Below are positions 49,836 through 61,781 of a DNA stretch of 64,000 nucleotides, piece by piece. The stretch is from assembly GCF_964204645.1 (NCBI RefSeq), contig NC_134027.1, forward strand, positions 24,142,560 to 24,206,559, given 5' to 3'. Within the stretch, counting starts at the first letter, position 1, and each line of letters opens with the position of its first letter. The position numbers and the translations under genes are program-made. Origin of the DNA: Tubulanus polymorphus (taxonomy: Eukaryota > Animalia > Nemertea). The notes below the pieces were generated by a model. The model had not been told where the DNA came from, did no database searches, and saw only the letters and a program-made list of their open reading frames with translations.

Positions 49836-50321
49836 ATAATTTCACCATCTTCTTCACCCTTTCAGTGCATCTACTCTGCATCGCAGTGTATAGATCAGCG
49901 ATAGATTTTTGTAATACATTGCACTCAGCGATAGATTTTAGTAATACATCGCACCACGGTGTATTTATTTAATCAAACAAAAACTCATATTCTTTTTGAT
50001 TTAATTCATAATCAGTTATCTATTCAAAGATGGCAGCACCTGTCAAACATGACGCAATAATTGTAACCAACGATACACCGTCGTGCGGTGTAGACACGCT
50101 ACAATGCGCTGCGGTGGAATTTTCCAAAATTTTGATAATTATGTCCAGCATTTAAGGGTAAGAATTGGAAGGGGTTGATTGTTACAGTGTTCATTATGGC
50201 AAAGTGACCGGGCGCCGATAGGTTCAAATCCCTGATTATTTACATGTATCCCGCGTTTCTATGTTTTGTGTAGAATTAAGTCGAAATTTTCGCTCACTGC
50301 AATTTTCTCGTCTCTCCGCAG

Positions 50322-50654
50322 GTGGTCTGGCCGTCGCGGTCGAAGGTCCGTCGAAGGCCGAGATCAAGTGCATCGACAACAAAGACGGCACGTGCACGGT
50401 GAACTACTTCCCGAGCGCCGCCGGCGAATACAAGATCATCGTCAAATTCGCCGACAAACACATCGCCGGTTCGCCGTTCACGTCGAAGGTCACGGGTTCG
50501 CCGCGCAAGAAGGCGTCGGTGAACGTCGGTAGCAAGAGCGAGGTTTCCCTGAAGGTCACCGAGACGGACATTTCGAATCTGACGGCGACTATTAAGTCGC
50601 CGTCCGGTACCGAACAGCCGTGTATGCTGAAGAAACTCGCCAATGGGCATCTAG
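50322..50654 (+). CDS. FLN: Filamin exon, Ig17 C-part / Ig18 N-part
   Basis: ccgcAG|gtggtc...ctag|GTaact; [17 protein letters not shown]...[12 protein letters not shown]. Confidence 0.95.
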
Positions 50655-51157
50655 GTAACTTTTATTCATCGATATCCTACCAAAATTCGTTCACCTTCAT
50701 TCAGCTCATTTATATCTATATATTCTTTTAGGCGAGAAGGGGCCGGTTGCTCAAAAGTTCCGGCGTTTAAATACCATAGTAACAATGAATTTTTGATTGT
50801 TTCTATTTCAACTATCTACTGGCTAACTGTAACCAACTTTTGATCAACCGGCCCAAGATTTATACTAGTCCTGAAAATCCGCAAAAATTCATGGAGATTA
50901 GTAATTATTTTTGGAAAAAGTATGAATTATTACGATTTTTCCGTGCGAAAGCTATGGAATTTTAGAAATGCGGACGGGATATTTTTTCTCGTGGTTTTAG
51001 TATTGTACGTAGACCTAGTATTTGTAGGCGTAAACTTTCAAAAGCAAAAAAACTAAACCTAGTTTTTGAATCTAGGAAAAAAATGTGGAAAAAAAACCTA
51101 GAACGATACTCCTCGTAGGTCTTTTTGTAATTTGTATCTGTGATGGTTTTATTTTAG

Positions 51158-51175
51158 GTGGGGCTCCACAACATG
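51158..51175 (+). CDS. FLN: Candidate 18-nt microexon (GGAPQH) in Ig18
   Basis: tttttattttAG|gtggggctccacaacatg|GTaata; phase 1-1, open. Confidence 0.45.
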
Positions 51176-51634
51176 GTAATATTAGTTCACTGCTATCGTT
51201 TTGTAAACTGTTTGCAGTTGGAAAATTATCATGTCTGTGCAATACGTTTTTTTTTTCTATCTTATTTATACGATTAATTCCATTCTGCCATCTGACTGTA
51301 ATCTGATGATAATTAGGCCTCAGTTGTTCTCGCCTGCAGCAGCCGGGAAACTAGTTTTCACGCTTTGCGGTGCCACCTGCTGGCCATCTGCTGCGAGAAG
51401 TCTGCAGACGTTTTCTGCAATTCACTGAACTCCTTTTAGACAAACAGTATTTCAGTAATGAGACGTTTATTAGCTCTTTTCTTTGGTCTATTCCCTAAAA
51501 ACATTTTTAAAACATCAGATTTGTGACAGTTTTGTGGAAGTTTGGAATTGTGTATTTTCTTTCGTAAGTTCAGTCCAAGTGTTTTTTCTCCTAAAGAAGT
51601 TGTGGCTACCTAGCAAAGGCCTATAGTGCTTGCT

Positions 51635-52040
51635 ATAGCCAAAGCATCCAATAACTAATGATTGGGCAGTATATAGGTAAAAACTGACATAGCCAATGGC
51701 TGAACTGTACAAATAGCCAATGACTGAGCAGTATACTTTCCAATAACCAATGACTGGGCAGTGTGTTTTATCAGCCAATGATAGAGCAGTAAGGGCTCAA
51801 ATAGCCAATCGCTGAACAGTATACTTACCATAGCCAATGACTGTGCAGTAAAGCCTTCAGTAACAAAAGGCTGAGCAGTTCCTTCTGTATGTTCTATTAG
51901 CCAATGATAAAGCAGTATTGGCTGAAATAGCCAATGGCTGTGCAGTATAGGCTGAAATAGCCAATGACTGTGCAGTATAGGCTGAAAAAGCCAATGGCTG
52001 TGCAGTATAGGACCAAGTAGCCAATGGCTGTGCAGTATAA
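51635..52040. repeat. ~30-32 bp tandem repeat (agccaatgactgtgcagtataggctgaaat)
   Basis: About 12 copies, most containing CCAAT. Confidence 0.9.
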
Positions 52041-52200
52041 TATTGTGACCGAAAATTATTTTGAATTTAAACCTTTCGCGGTTGAATAGAGTATATTAAA
52101 TATAGTTAAGCAGTCTATATTTACTATAAATCTGTATTCAATTGGTTTATCATGAACACTGGACTGAACGCTTGTGGTATGATATTCTGTATATTTTTAG

Positions 52201-52221
52201 GACCTTCCTTAATTTCTCCAG
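52201..52221 (+). CDS. FLN: Weak candidate 21-nt microexon (GPSLISP) in Ig18
   Basis: atatttttAG|gaccttccttaatttctccag|GTgcat; in frame, weak donor, TGCATG ~55 nt downstream. Confidence 0.28.
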
Positions 52222-53961
52222 GTGCATCATCAATCCATTAATTTACTGTCTTTATTTCAGTGATTAATTCTTCATTTTGCATGAAGGTCGTTTGCACATG
52301 AAACATCGCGCACGATTTCTATTCGGACCCCATTGTCTCTTCTTGTTGTAGATTCGTTTCAAAAAGCACTAACTTAAAATGCTTGACTCGAAAGTTGCAA
52401 TATCTGCGATGTCTCGTGCGCGTCAACCCCGAGTTCGAAATCTTTTCATTTTCATGAAATTTCTCACAAATTCGCATCATCTCAAATTACATGTACCCGC
52501 AGTGCCTTTCATTCGATACAATAACTATCAATCTATTATCATCATCATGTCACAATATTTGAGACTAGAAATTAGACTAGAAATAGATGAATCATTCTCT
52601 TAAGAAGACAACTTGAATGTTGAAAAGGCGCCAGTTTCAATGACGAGGGCCTTTGATCCATTTCCACATTTTATGAGACCTGAGTCACCAATTCGAACTC
52701 AGTAAAACCCAGTTCCACAATTCTTAGCTAAGATTTGACTTTAGTTGGGTTAAAACATTTGAATTGAACTGATTTTAAAAATGAAGTTTTAGTCAAGCTG
52801 ACTGACAAACTGTGATATTTTTAACAGTTCATTTTAATTAAGATAAGGTCTTCTATACATTATTAGTTCCATGCCTCACAAATCGCAAAAGTATCAAATG
52901 CTTGGTACAGTGGATACTGAGCGCTGACCTGTGGAACTGGCTACACGTCCTTTTACGGGAAGCAAATTTATCATTCGAAGCCACTTTCTGATTCTCGATG
53001 ACTTATCAAATAAACTGAAGGCTAGATAGCTTCATTTGTCTATAAACCCGGAACGCAAAGTACTAACCGCGCTAATTAATACCGAACCCTTAGTATCACA
53101 GTAGAAATACCCGTCATAGACCCTCGTAGAGTACACTCTGGTTGGTGCTTCTTACTAACTATACTCATCATATCAACTCATACGAAAACAACAACAATAA
53201 CATCGTTCATTTGAAAACATCTCATCATGCAGTGCAGTGAGGATGGACATCTTTTTCCTGAAGAAATAACGCGCGATAATGAAGAAAAACTGTTAGAGGA
53301 TTGGCATTTCGACTCATTTCAAAACTGATGACGTTTTGAAAAATAGCTCATAGTATTGAGTCGAAACTCTCTAAGTTTTTCATCATAATTGTGGTTTTTC
53401 GTCTGAATTATAGACAGTCACTTGTATACAGAAACCAACCTTCTCAGTCTCACTTAGCATCATTAGTGTCTCGATTAAGCTGAGAATTTCGACTTAAGTC
53501 CATAGACTATCTAGATCTGGATACCGGATATGGAACCAAAATTAGCTTAGACTATGATCTTAGACTTTAGATTGGCGATAGAACACTTGAAGATTTTACC
53601 CTAGTACATATTAGATTTTAGATGAGACACTTTTAGGAATCCCCCCTTAAAATAGTAGATATAGACGTAATGTAATCCTAGTAGATACAATGAAATAACC
53701 ATCCATCCGTTTACATAGATTGACTCTATCTTACTCTGTATCCTGTCTACTCATCTCAACGTCAATGTGAATTGTGACGATATTCTTTTGGAAAAACTTT
53801 TGTATCATAAAATACATTCATCATACTCCGATTTTATACTCCTCTAAGCGACCTCACCAAGGTCGTGCGGATACCCGTTCCCAAGCGAATTTGTCGCCGT
53901 GAAAATTTTCGATAATCGATTTTTCTTTTCTTTCTTTTTTTCTCGCGCGCTTTCAATTTAG

Positions 53962-54165
53962 GAATCTCGTTCACGCCTAAAGAGACCGGCGAACACCTGG
54001 TGAACGTACTCCGCAACGGTAAACCCATCCCGAACAGTCCGTTCAAAATACACGTCGGAGAAAGCGAGCTCGGTAACGCCGCCAAGGTCAAGGTCAGCGG
54101 ACCAGGGTTGAAGGGCGGCATGGCGCACCAGAAAAACGATTTCACGGTCGACACGAAAAATGCCG
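53962..54165 (+). CDS. FLN: Filamin exon, Ig18 end / Ig19 start
   Basis: atttAG|gaatct...gccg|GTtagt; GISFTPKETGEHLVNV. Confidence 0.95.
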
Positions 54166-54621
54166 GTTAGTATTTTTTCAATCACTCGTTTTGACCCTGT
54201 GTGGTGCAGGGACACTGTTCGTGTGTTCTTAACTGTGGTTGGTGAACTGCGAACCTAAGCCATTTACCATGGTTACTGGAATCAGTTGATGACGAAAGGC
54301 CCCTCGGCCCCAGTTACTGGGATTTGTTAGTGATTACTGATAAATTTGAACATAAATTTGAAAAGGATTGTTGGGGGTCTTGCCTTCCTTGATTACTGAT
54401 TACTTTAATATTTGGTTCAGCAACCAGTTCCATTGTCGAGTCTTAGGTCCAAGAGTCATTTTGAATCTAACCACAAGTCTTAAGTTGTTAGATTGGCTAT
54501 AGAACTAAAAATACCTAAGGTCTGAAGTCTAAGTCATGGAACTGGCTCCTGGAGGTCGGAAGGGATGTTTATGATTCTTTGACTGTCGAATGACTCCATG
54601 CGACTTCTAATCATCTTACAG

Positions 54622-54903
54622 GTTACGGCGGTTTGAGTCTGTCGATCGAAGGTCCGAGCAAAGCCGACATCGAGTGCAAAGATAACGAGGACGGTTCGTG
54701 CAACGTCTCCTATCGTCCGTCGGAGCCGGGAACGTACATCGTCAACATCAAATTCGCCGATAAGCACGTGCCGGGCAGTCCGTACACGGTACGCGTCGGG
54801 GGTGAACCGTCGCAACGTCTCACCGAGAAAATCACTCGACAGAGGACGGCGGCCAACTTCTCCGACATCGGCAGTCAGTGCGAACTGAGCTTGAAGATAC
54901 CCG
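54622..54903 (+). CDS. FLN: Filamin exon, Ig19 / Ig20 start
   Basis: ttacAG|gttacg...cccg|GTaggt; [19 protein letters not shown]...CELSLKIP. Confidence 0.95.
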
Positions 54904-55049
54904 GTAGGTACACTGATCGTCATCTTGGTCAATTTCAGAGTTAATGAGCAAACCCACAGTTGTTGATTGAACAGTTTATTTTCCTCCAGTTTTGACTAAA
55001 CTTGATCAAGTTAGTTGTCGAATAAACACTATAATCCGTGTATACTGTA

Positions 55050-55218
55050 GATAAATGAAGAAATCCCACGCTTCGAATTTAAAATTAAACGATCAAATTT
55101 ATTATTATGTTTATTACGATCGAATTTATTATTATGTTTATTATTACGTTGTGGTTTCATAATGATAAATTTGATCGTATAATTTTACATTCTAAGCGTG
55201 GGATTTCTTCATTTATCT
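55050..55218. mobile_element. Palindromic element (gataaatgaagaaatcccacgctt...aagcgtgggatttcttcatttatc)
   Basis: Long inverted arms; the aaatcccac end motif is shared with the hammerhead-bearing palindromes. Confidence 0.65.
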
Positions 55219-55335
55219 TGATCAAGTTGATAAGTTATTTTTGTTTCTCTGATGATGAAGTTTAGTGAAAACATTGAAGCTGTAAGAAAAATTGTAGAAA
55301 ATTGTACGATTGTACGATTGTAGAATAACTGTGGG

Positions 55336-55378
55336 TACGCCTGATGATGGCTAATAGTCATTAGACGAAACGATGCGC
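55336..55378 (+). ncRNA. Degenerate minimal hammerhead motif in a Penelope-like relic
   Basis: cgc CTGATGA t ggctaat agtc attagac GAAAC gat gcg; cleavage triplet non-canonical. Confidence 0.5.
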
Positions 55379-56876
55379 TCACATATTTATACACTTCAAT
55401 TCAAGAACGTTTCATCTTTGGCTGAATCATTGTAGGATTCTCTTATATCGTCGATTTCATTAAATCAATTCTACTTGGAAGTCGTTCATGTTCATCCAAT
55501 TACACATTTCATCACGCTTTCAATTCAAACAAGATATATCATTTATGATTACTGTAATTAACTGTGTGTGTGTGTGTAATCAATAAGCAATCACGTATGG
55601 ATTCGTAATCTGTAAGTAGTAAATTTCTTGAACGGAGAGTTTTTTTTTTTTACTGGGATCGATTTTTCGTCAATTTCGTGGCTCGCTTAAATTCGTTGAA
55701 GAATTGAATACACTTATGCACAAAATACCCGCAAACCCAATCTATCAACTATAATGATTTCACTTTCTTCAAACACGGTGGGAGAAGATCGTGACTCCAA
55801 CACCTCACCACACAATACACCTTCTGTCAATTCAGTCTTGAAAAAAATCTGGATCAGATTTCAAAGATGGATACTAACTATAACCCTGACAAAAATTGCT
55901 ACGAAAAGCTATGCAAAGCCCATAAAAAAATTAGTGACATGTTTTTAAGATTGATTCATTGCGTCAAAGGTGTCGGTGGTTACATCCGGCGGACCTGACT
56001 GCTGACAAAAATTTCAAAATACTCCAAAAATCAGAATAATTTCCAGTTCGTTTTCAATTTGACTACTATTTTTGAAGTCCAATTCTCTCCATTTTTGGGT
56101 GAATGCTACTGCAGTTAAAGATATCGGGTTGTCTGGTCTGATTCCGGGTTAAAGTTAGTAGCCGACTACATGGAAAAACTGGAGCTCAGAGGGGCCGTGT
56201 CACAGACTTCAGTTTCCATATAGTAATGATACCAATGAAACCTTGAAAAACCTATGAAGCTTGAAGTCACTTGTGAACGAAGCCCCCTGGTTTTAGTTTT
56301 CATCCGTAAAGCCTGAGCACATTTCAGAATATATACATATATATATTTATATACCCTGCAATTCATGTCGTAAAAAACTCGTCAAATTTATTGTCATCAA
56401 ATCTGTCTTGTAAAATGGCCGCAGAATTCCTGGACCCCAGTGTGTTAAATCAATATGACATGATCAAGTTCATACTTAGTTCAAATACCATTAAACTACG
56501 AAATGTTCCACAAATTTTTTAACTCTGCGAAAGTAAAGACAATGATGGTGGCCACTGACCTGGAAAACTCGGAAAACTCAGGGAATTAGCAAAACCAGGG
56601 AATTTGACAAATTTTGCAAAAGATGACCTGGAAAACTCAGTTATTGATTACGCATTTCTTTGTCAATACGGGATTGTACTAAGACTGAAAAGATGAGGCA
56701 AAAAGTCAGGGAATTTGTACATTCGTGGAAATAGGCCACACTGAAAATTAGAATGCATTAATTTTGATTCTAAGCTTAAACTGGGCCAGGGTCAAATTGT
56801 CCTAAATTGTAAGATGATTATTTGTGAAGATATTTGTGATGATATTTGTTGTTTTTTTTGCGTGCACGCGTTGCAG

Positions 56877-57041
56877 GTACGAGTCCGTTCGACATGCAGG
56901 CGTCGGTGTTGAGTCCCGGCGGACATACGGAACTGTGCGACATCATGAACCGTGACGACAATCACTACAGCATCAAATTCGTGCCGAAAGAAATCGGTAT
57001 CCACACGGTCAGCGTTAAACACAAGGACGTTCATATCCCTG
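56877..57041 (+). CDS. FLN: Filamin exon, Ig20
   Basis: ttgcAG|gtacga...cctg|GTgagt; YSIKFVPKEIGIHTVSVKHK. Confidence 0.95.
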
Positions 57042-57180
57042 GTGAGTTGTCGATAAACCGACCGGTCGTAACTTAAAATCCATGAAAGCTGTGTTTTCAG
57101 TTTGCTGGAATTTTAGAGGGGGCTGCATTATGACATCTTTGCTGCTGAGTAGCAAGGCTTTCGATCCTCCAAAAAATACA

Positions 57181-57290
57181 GGACCCAGTTCCACAGTTGT
57201 GAGTTAAGATTTGACTCAGAGTTAACTCATTGAAAATGAACTAATTTTAACTCAGAGTTAACACTAACTCAGAACTGTGGAACTGGATCC
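57181..57290. mobile_element. Palindromic MITE family A copy
   Basis: ggacccagttccacagttgtgagtta...actcagaactgtggaactggatcc. Confidence 0.78.
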
Positions 57291-57707
57291 AGAAGATTAA
57301 GCTTGAATTTGGTGAAGTCTTCTCTATTTTTCGCATTAGTTCAATTTGTTATCAGCATTGATAGAATTATATTAACATGCGCTCTGGTAGGGGTAGAAGA
57401 TATTTTATAAGGGGTAGTTGATTCTCAGAAAATCATTTTGAAAAAAATGATTTAGCTGAAAGGTTATCTTTAACATCTATGAATTGTATGGTTTTCACCA
57501 TAACTGTAGTGAACTGATTTAAATCTCAGTATAGTTAACGAATAAACACCCGCAGTAGATTTGTAGAACAAATTTATTTTCTAACAGTTTCGAGGTTAAT
57601 TCTAAACCTCATACAATGTTGTCACAACAGTTGTCACCCTATTGATCGGACTTGAGCAGAGTCTGCTGTATTATTCACTCACATACCTATATTTTCTTGT
57701 TTTATAG

Positions 57708-57809
57708 GCAGTCCATTCCAATTCACGGTTGGACCGATGACCGAGGGAGGTGCCCATAAAGTTCGCGCGGCTGGACACGGTTTGGAACACGGAGAAGTAG
57801 GAATCCCGG
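57708..57809 (+). CDS. FLN: Filamin exon, Ig20 end / Ig21 start
   Basis: ttatAG|gcagtc...ccgg|GTgagt; [23 protein letters not shown]. Confidence 0.95.
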
Positions 57810-57904
57810 GTGAGTATACCTTGATTTCCTCTCGAAATATCCATCTATTTGATTACTTTCGTCGTCATTCATGCTAATTTATGCTAATTTATTCGCGATT
57901 CCAG

Positions 57905-58042
57905 GTGAATTTAACATCTACACTCGTGAAGCCGGTGCTGGTGGTTTGTCCATCGCGGTCGAAGGTCCGTCGAAGGCTGAAATCAACTTCGAAGACAGAA
58001 AGGACGGATCATGCGGAGTTGGGTACACCTGCAGTGAACCAG
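57905..58042 (+). CDS. FLN: Filamin exon, Ig21
   Basis: tccAG|gtgaat...ccag|GTatgt; [35 protein letters not shown]. Confidence 0.95.
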
Positions 58043-58099
58043 GTATGTAATCATGTAAAAGGAAATCTTCAGCACGGTGCAATTGCATATTTGTGGGAT

Positions 58100-58450
58100 T
58101 GAGACTGGTCTTAAGTTGTATGATTGGTCATGGGACCAAAATTAGCTTAGACTAGTCTTAAGTTCTTAGATTGGTTATAGAACCGAATGGGTTTAGACTG
58201 GCCTTAACTGGTTTGACACTAACTGCTTTTCTGGGTGAAGCAGGAAGTGTTTGACATGAACCAGTTAAGGGTTGAGCTTTGCTATAGAACCAAAATGAGC
58301 TTAGACTGGTCTTAAGTTGTTAGATTGGCTATAGACCTAAAATGAGCTCAGACTGGTCTCAAGTTGTTAGATTGGCTATAGGACCAAAATGAACTTAGAC
58401 TGGTTGTTAGATTGACTATAGAACCATATTGGTGTTAGACTAATCTTGAG
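58100..58450. repeat. ~47-bp tandem repeat family copy
   Basis: Multiple gagcttagactggtcttaagttgttagattggctatag units. Confidence 0.85.
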
Positions 58451-58480
58451 ATTGAGTATATGTTGTATTTTTCTCTGCAG

Positions 58481-58611
58481 GAGAGTACACGGTATCGGTT
58501 AAATTCAACGACGAGCACATCCCCGATTCGCCGTTCAAAGTCTACGTCAGCCCCGAGAATAAGGAAGCTCGTAAGATCAGCGTGCTCGCTCTACAAGACA
58601 AGGGTCTGCAG
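58481..58611 (+). CDS. FLN: Filamin exon, Ig21 end / Ig22 start
   Basis: ctgcAG|gagagt...cag|GTacga; VKFNDEHIPDSPFKVYV. Confidence 0.95.
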
Positions 58612-59012
58612 GTACGAACGACACACTGCATGAGGGATGAAAAAACTTACAAATTACGTAGTGGAATTGACATTTCAACTCGATGCTCAGAGCTATTTTG
58701 AGAATTAGAGTCAAAATCCTCTTATTAGTTTTATTTTAAAATTGTTTTTTGAATACTATTGAGAGTGCTTGGTGAATGGGCACTCTGCCAAACCTATGTT
58801 ATATCCAGGCAGAAAATTACGGGAAGGAGTAATTGGGATAGTTTCCGGTTGAAATAGTGTGTTGTCGGTCCACGTCGGTGCATGCTAATGTGGGATTGCT
58901 AGTTTGCTGTACTTCCTGAAAAAAATTAGAAAGACGGGGTTAATTTTTATTAGATTCGGGTTTAAATTTGTAATGACGCGGTTTGCGTAATTCGTTCTCT
59001 CTCCGATTTCAG

Positions 59013-59130
59013 CCCGGACGACCGGCCGCGTTTACGCTCGATATGAACGGAGCGAACGGCGAATTGAAAGCGTTCGTCGTTTCGCCGTCCGGCGCCGAAG
59101 AGGAAGCTCTCATTCAACCGATCGACGATG
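59013..59130 (+). CDS. FLN: Filamin exon, Ig22 middle
   Basis: tttcAG|cccgga...gatg|GTacgt; PAAFTLDMNGANGELKAFVVSPSG. Confidence 0.93.
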
Positions 59131-59291
59131 GTACGTGCGTCGCTAATTTAAACGATCAGAATTTTTCTCTCGTTAATCGCTAATTATTAATTGATAGAAT
59201 TACGTGTAGAGTATTCCTTTACGCCGATAGCGCGCGCAGCGAAAATAACAATTTCGATACTCAGTTCGCCCACGGACTCATAAGGCCTTAT

Positions 59292-59562
59292 TTAACCCTT
59301 TCGGTGCTGACCAATTAATTCCCTCAAGTGCTGGAGATAATTCGTAAATGTTTGAAAAATTCCCCACTGCATCAAATAGCAGGCATCAGCTGTAATGTGT
59401 CTGCACTGCGGTGCGGCGTATCGTTAGTTACTTATTTCTAACTGTTTGTCAGGTGCTGCCATCTTGCATTAAAGATGATAAACGTTCACGAATTACATCA
59501 ATAGCTAAGTCCATCACTGATTTACCCACCGCAATGCGGTTTAGTCGCACTAAAAGGGTTAA
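59292..59562. mobile_element. piggyBac-like MITE copy
   Basis: TTAAccctttcggtgc...gcactaaaagggTTAA. Confidence 0.8.
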
Positions 59563-60506
59563 AACTACTTGAATATGAATTCACCTTCCAGAATTCCACC
59601 AGAAATATCAAATTTTTTCAGTACTCCGTTGCATTTCGTCATAATTTTCCCCCAAAAACATTTCCAAATTTTCTTCTTGATATTTCCATCAGTATTTTCG
59701 AGGTAACGATTTGCACAAATTTAATTTTCATCGTTTCTCGCAACATCTGAATTCAATTCAACACAATTTTCATTCCTTTCTTTTCCGCAGTCCTTCTAAG
59801 ATCTCTTGTGGAAAATACTTGTGTAATAGAAAAAAATTGTTTTTATTTTTTCCCCTTTTCCCTTCCATATTATGACGCCTTAGAGAAACTATTATTTCAG
59901 TCGTCAGTTTAATCGCCGTTCGCCGTTCTTTTTCTGTATTCCATATTATCAAAACAGGGCCTTAAACGAAATAGAGTCCACGGAGCTTTTCACTTGTTTC
60001 ACGATTGTGTACTTCTGAACAAGAGTTACAATCTACTGTTGCAATTAGTGTTTCTTGTTTTCAAGCAGAGCGCTCAAAGTCACGAAACAAGTGAAAATCA
60101 TTTTATGTTTCGTGTTTTTTTTTTCATTCGTGCTGCGCGCGCTAGTCCTTAGTGTAATCTCCCCCGAAAGCATTCATATTGTTCACCTTACTCGCTCTAG
60201 ATGTTAATTCTCGTTTGAAACAAATCCTTCGGAAAAGATCGCTGCCTTCGTAATTCCCCCAATGATGTCATCAAATTAACTGCAGGGACAAGCGGTTTAC
60301 TCAGTTTCAAGTTGAATATAACCAACCGGAGTTTTTAAGGAGATAGCCATCCTTTCCGCAGAAGGGTGCCCGTGCGTCTAGAATAAAAAGTGATTCTTTG
60401 GGCCGATTTTGAAATTGATTTTGATTTACGAAAGTTATGCGTACATGTAATTAATTGAAATGTAATTTGAAACGTAATTTTTTTTTTTCAATCTCGAAAT
60501 CCTCAG

Positions 60507-60515
60507 TTCAAATTT
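60507..60515 (+). CDS. FLN: Candidate 9-nt microexon (VQI) in Ig22
   Basis: Poly-T tract then cctcAG|ttcaaattt|GTAAGT; phase 1-1, no junction stop. Confidence 0.5.
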
Positions 60516-61344
60516 GTAAGTAACGCTAAAACCTGACGGTTGAAATCCCCTCTGAATACGTGCGCCTTCCCCTTATATACATCACATGCATATTCAACTC
60601 AGCCCCCCTACCCCCCATATACCCCCCATGTACAGCAGAGTGGTGTGTGGCTCCTTTCCTCTTCCTACCTCTCTCTCTCTCTGCCTGGTTTTGAGACCCT
60701 TTCCTTCAAATATGAAATTACGCCCTTAAAGTATATCATTTTTCCTATGATACCTATTATTACTTCCACTTCGTCGTCCTAGAATGCTGGTTATATATTA
60801 TCCCGGGCCAGGTTTTATAAACCGGTATCATGCTTGACCCGGGAGTTAACTCAATCGGCGATAATGAATTTAGTTAACAAGCCCTGAGTTAAAGTTGACA
60901 CCGGTCTTTAAAACCGGCCCGTGCTGAGTTTGAAACGTTTGACAGGGTTTTTGTATCGGCGTGTAGCATTTTCCCCGATCCCGCTATTTCCCTGCGAGCT
61001 GTGTCTACGTTCGAGTTTTAATCCGAGGCAAGTCGAATTTCAACTCCGACGTTTTCGAACTCGACCGTAGATGTAGCTCGCAAAACATCCCACGTGGTGC
61101 CGGCTAATTTCTGAAATGACCTCCCTCCATAATTTGTCGTAAGATATATCGAACGACGGTTTCGATTTCTTGAAGCGTCAGCCGCGATCACACGCAAGCG
61201 TTAGTGATTTATGTATGAGACGATTTGGCACGGGTCTAATTCGGCCTGCGCTTCAGAAGAGCGCATATTCACACGTAAATTTCTCGCCCTAGAATACTAG
61301 AATACTAGAAACTATCGAAATTATGCTGCGGTAAGTGTCACTAA

Positions 61345-61605
61345 AGATAATAAGATAGAAACCCACTATTTACAGATTGAAAGAATTTAAAAACCAGAAT
61401 TTATTTATTTAATCAAAAATATATAAAAGACACGACGTTTCGATCTCACCGTAGAGATCATCGTCAGGTGTGAGATCGAAACGTCGTGTATTTTATATAT
61501 TTTAGATTGAATAAATAAATTCTGGTTTTTAAATTCTTTTAATCTGTAAATAGTGGGATTTTATCTTATTATCCGTTCACCACGTTTGAGTGTGGTTATC
61601 GTTCG
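61345..61605. mobile_element. Palindromic Penelope-like relic with hammerhead
   Basis: ~100-bp inverted arms centred near 61460. Confidence 0.72.
61430..61471 (-). ncRNA. Minimal type I hammerhead ribozyme motif
   Basis: Reverse strand: ACAC CTGACGA T GATCTC tacggt GAGATC GAAAC GTC GTGT; 4-bp stem I, intact core, 6-bp stem II, GUC triplet. Confidence 0.72.
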
Positions 61606-61620
61606 AAACATGAAAATATT

Positions 61621-61781
61621 TGACGAGAGAAATCCCACGACGATTCAGACTTTATTACGAGAAACGTTTCGGCTAAACACTATTAGCCATCATCAGGCGT
61701 ACTGATGATGGCAGTACGCTTGATGATTCTATTCAAGAATTTTTCATCTTTGACTGAATAATTGTGGGATTTCTCTCGTCA
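61621..61781. mobile_element. Penelope-like relic of the 7300-7573 family with a minus-strand hammerhead (61659-61702)
   Basis: tgacgagagaaatcccac...gtgggatttctctcgtca ends; reverse strand cgc CTGATGA t ggctaa tagtgt ttagcc GAAAC GTT. Confidence 0.68.

Noticed and set aside
13426-54932. Minus-strand ORFs such as 13426-13797, 17353-17838, 43365-43820, 44887-45453, 50294-50650, 54534-54932
   Set aside because: Antisense shadows of GC-rich plus-strand coding exons with no independent homology.
58590-58615. Conserved filamin Ig22 Q/R editing site
   Set aside because: The homologous Gln is CAA and not at the exon end, and I see no complementary intronic sequence nearby.
61309-61336. GTAAGT at 61331 as a microexon donor
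   Set aside because: Lies in MITE family F sequence and the nearest AG gives a 22-nt frameshifting segment.
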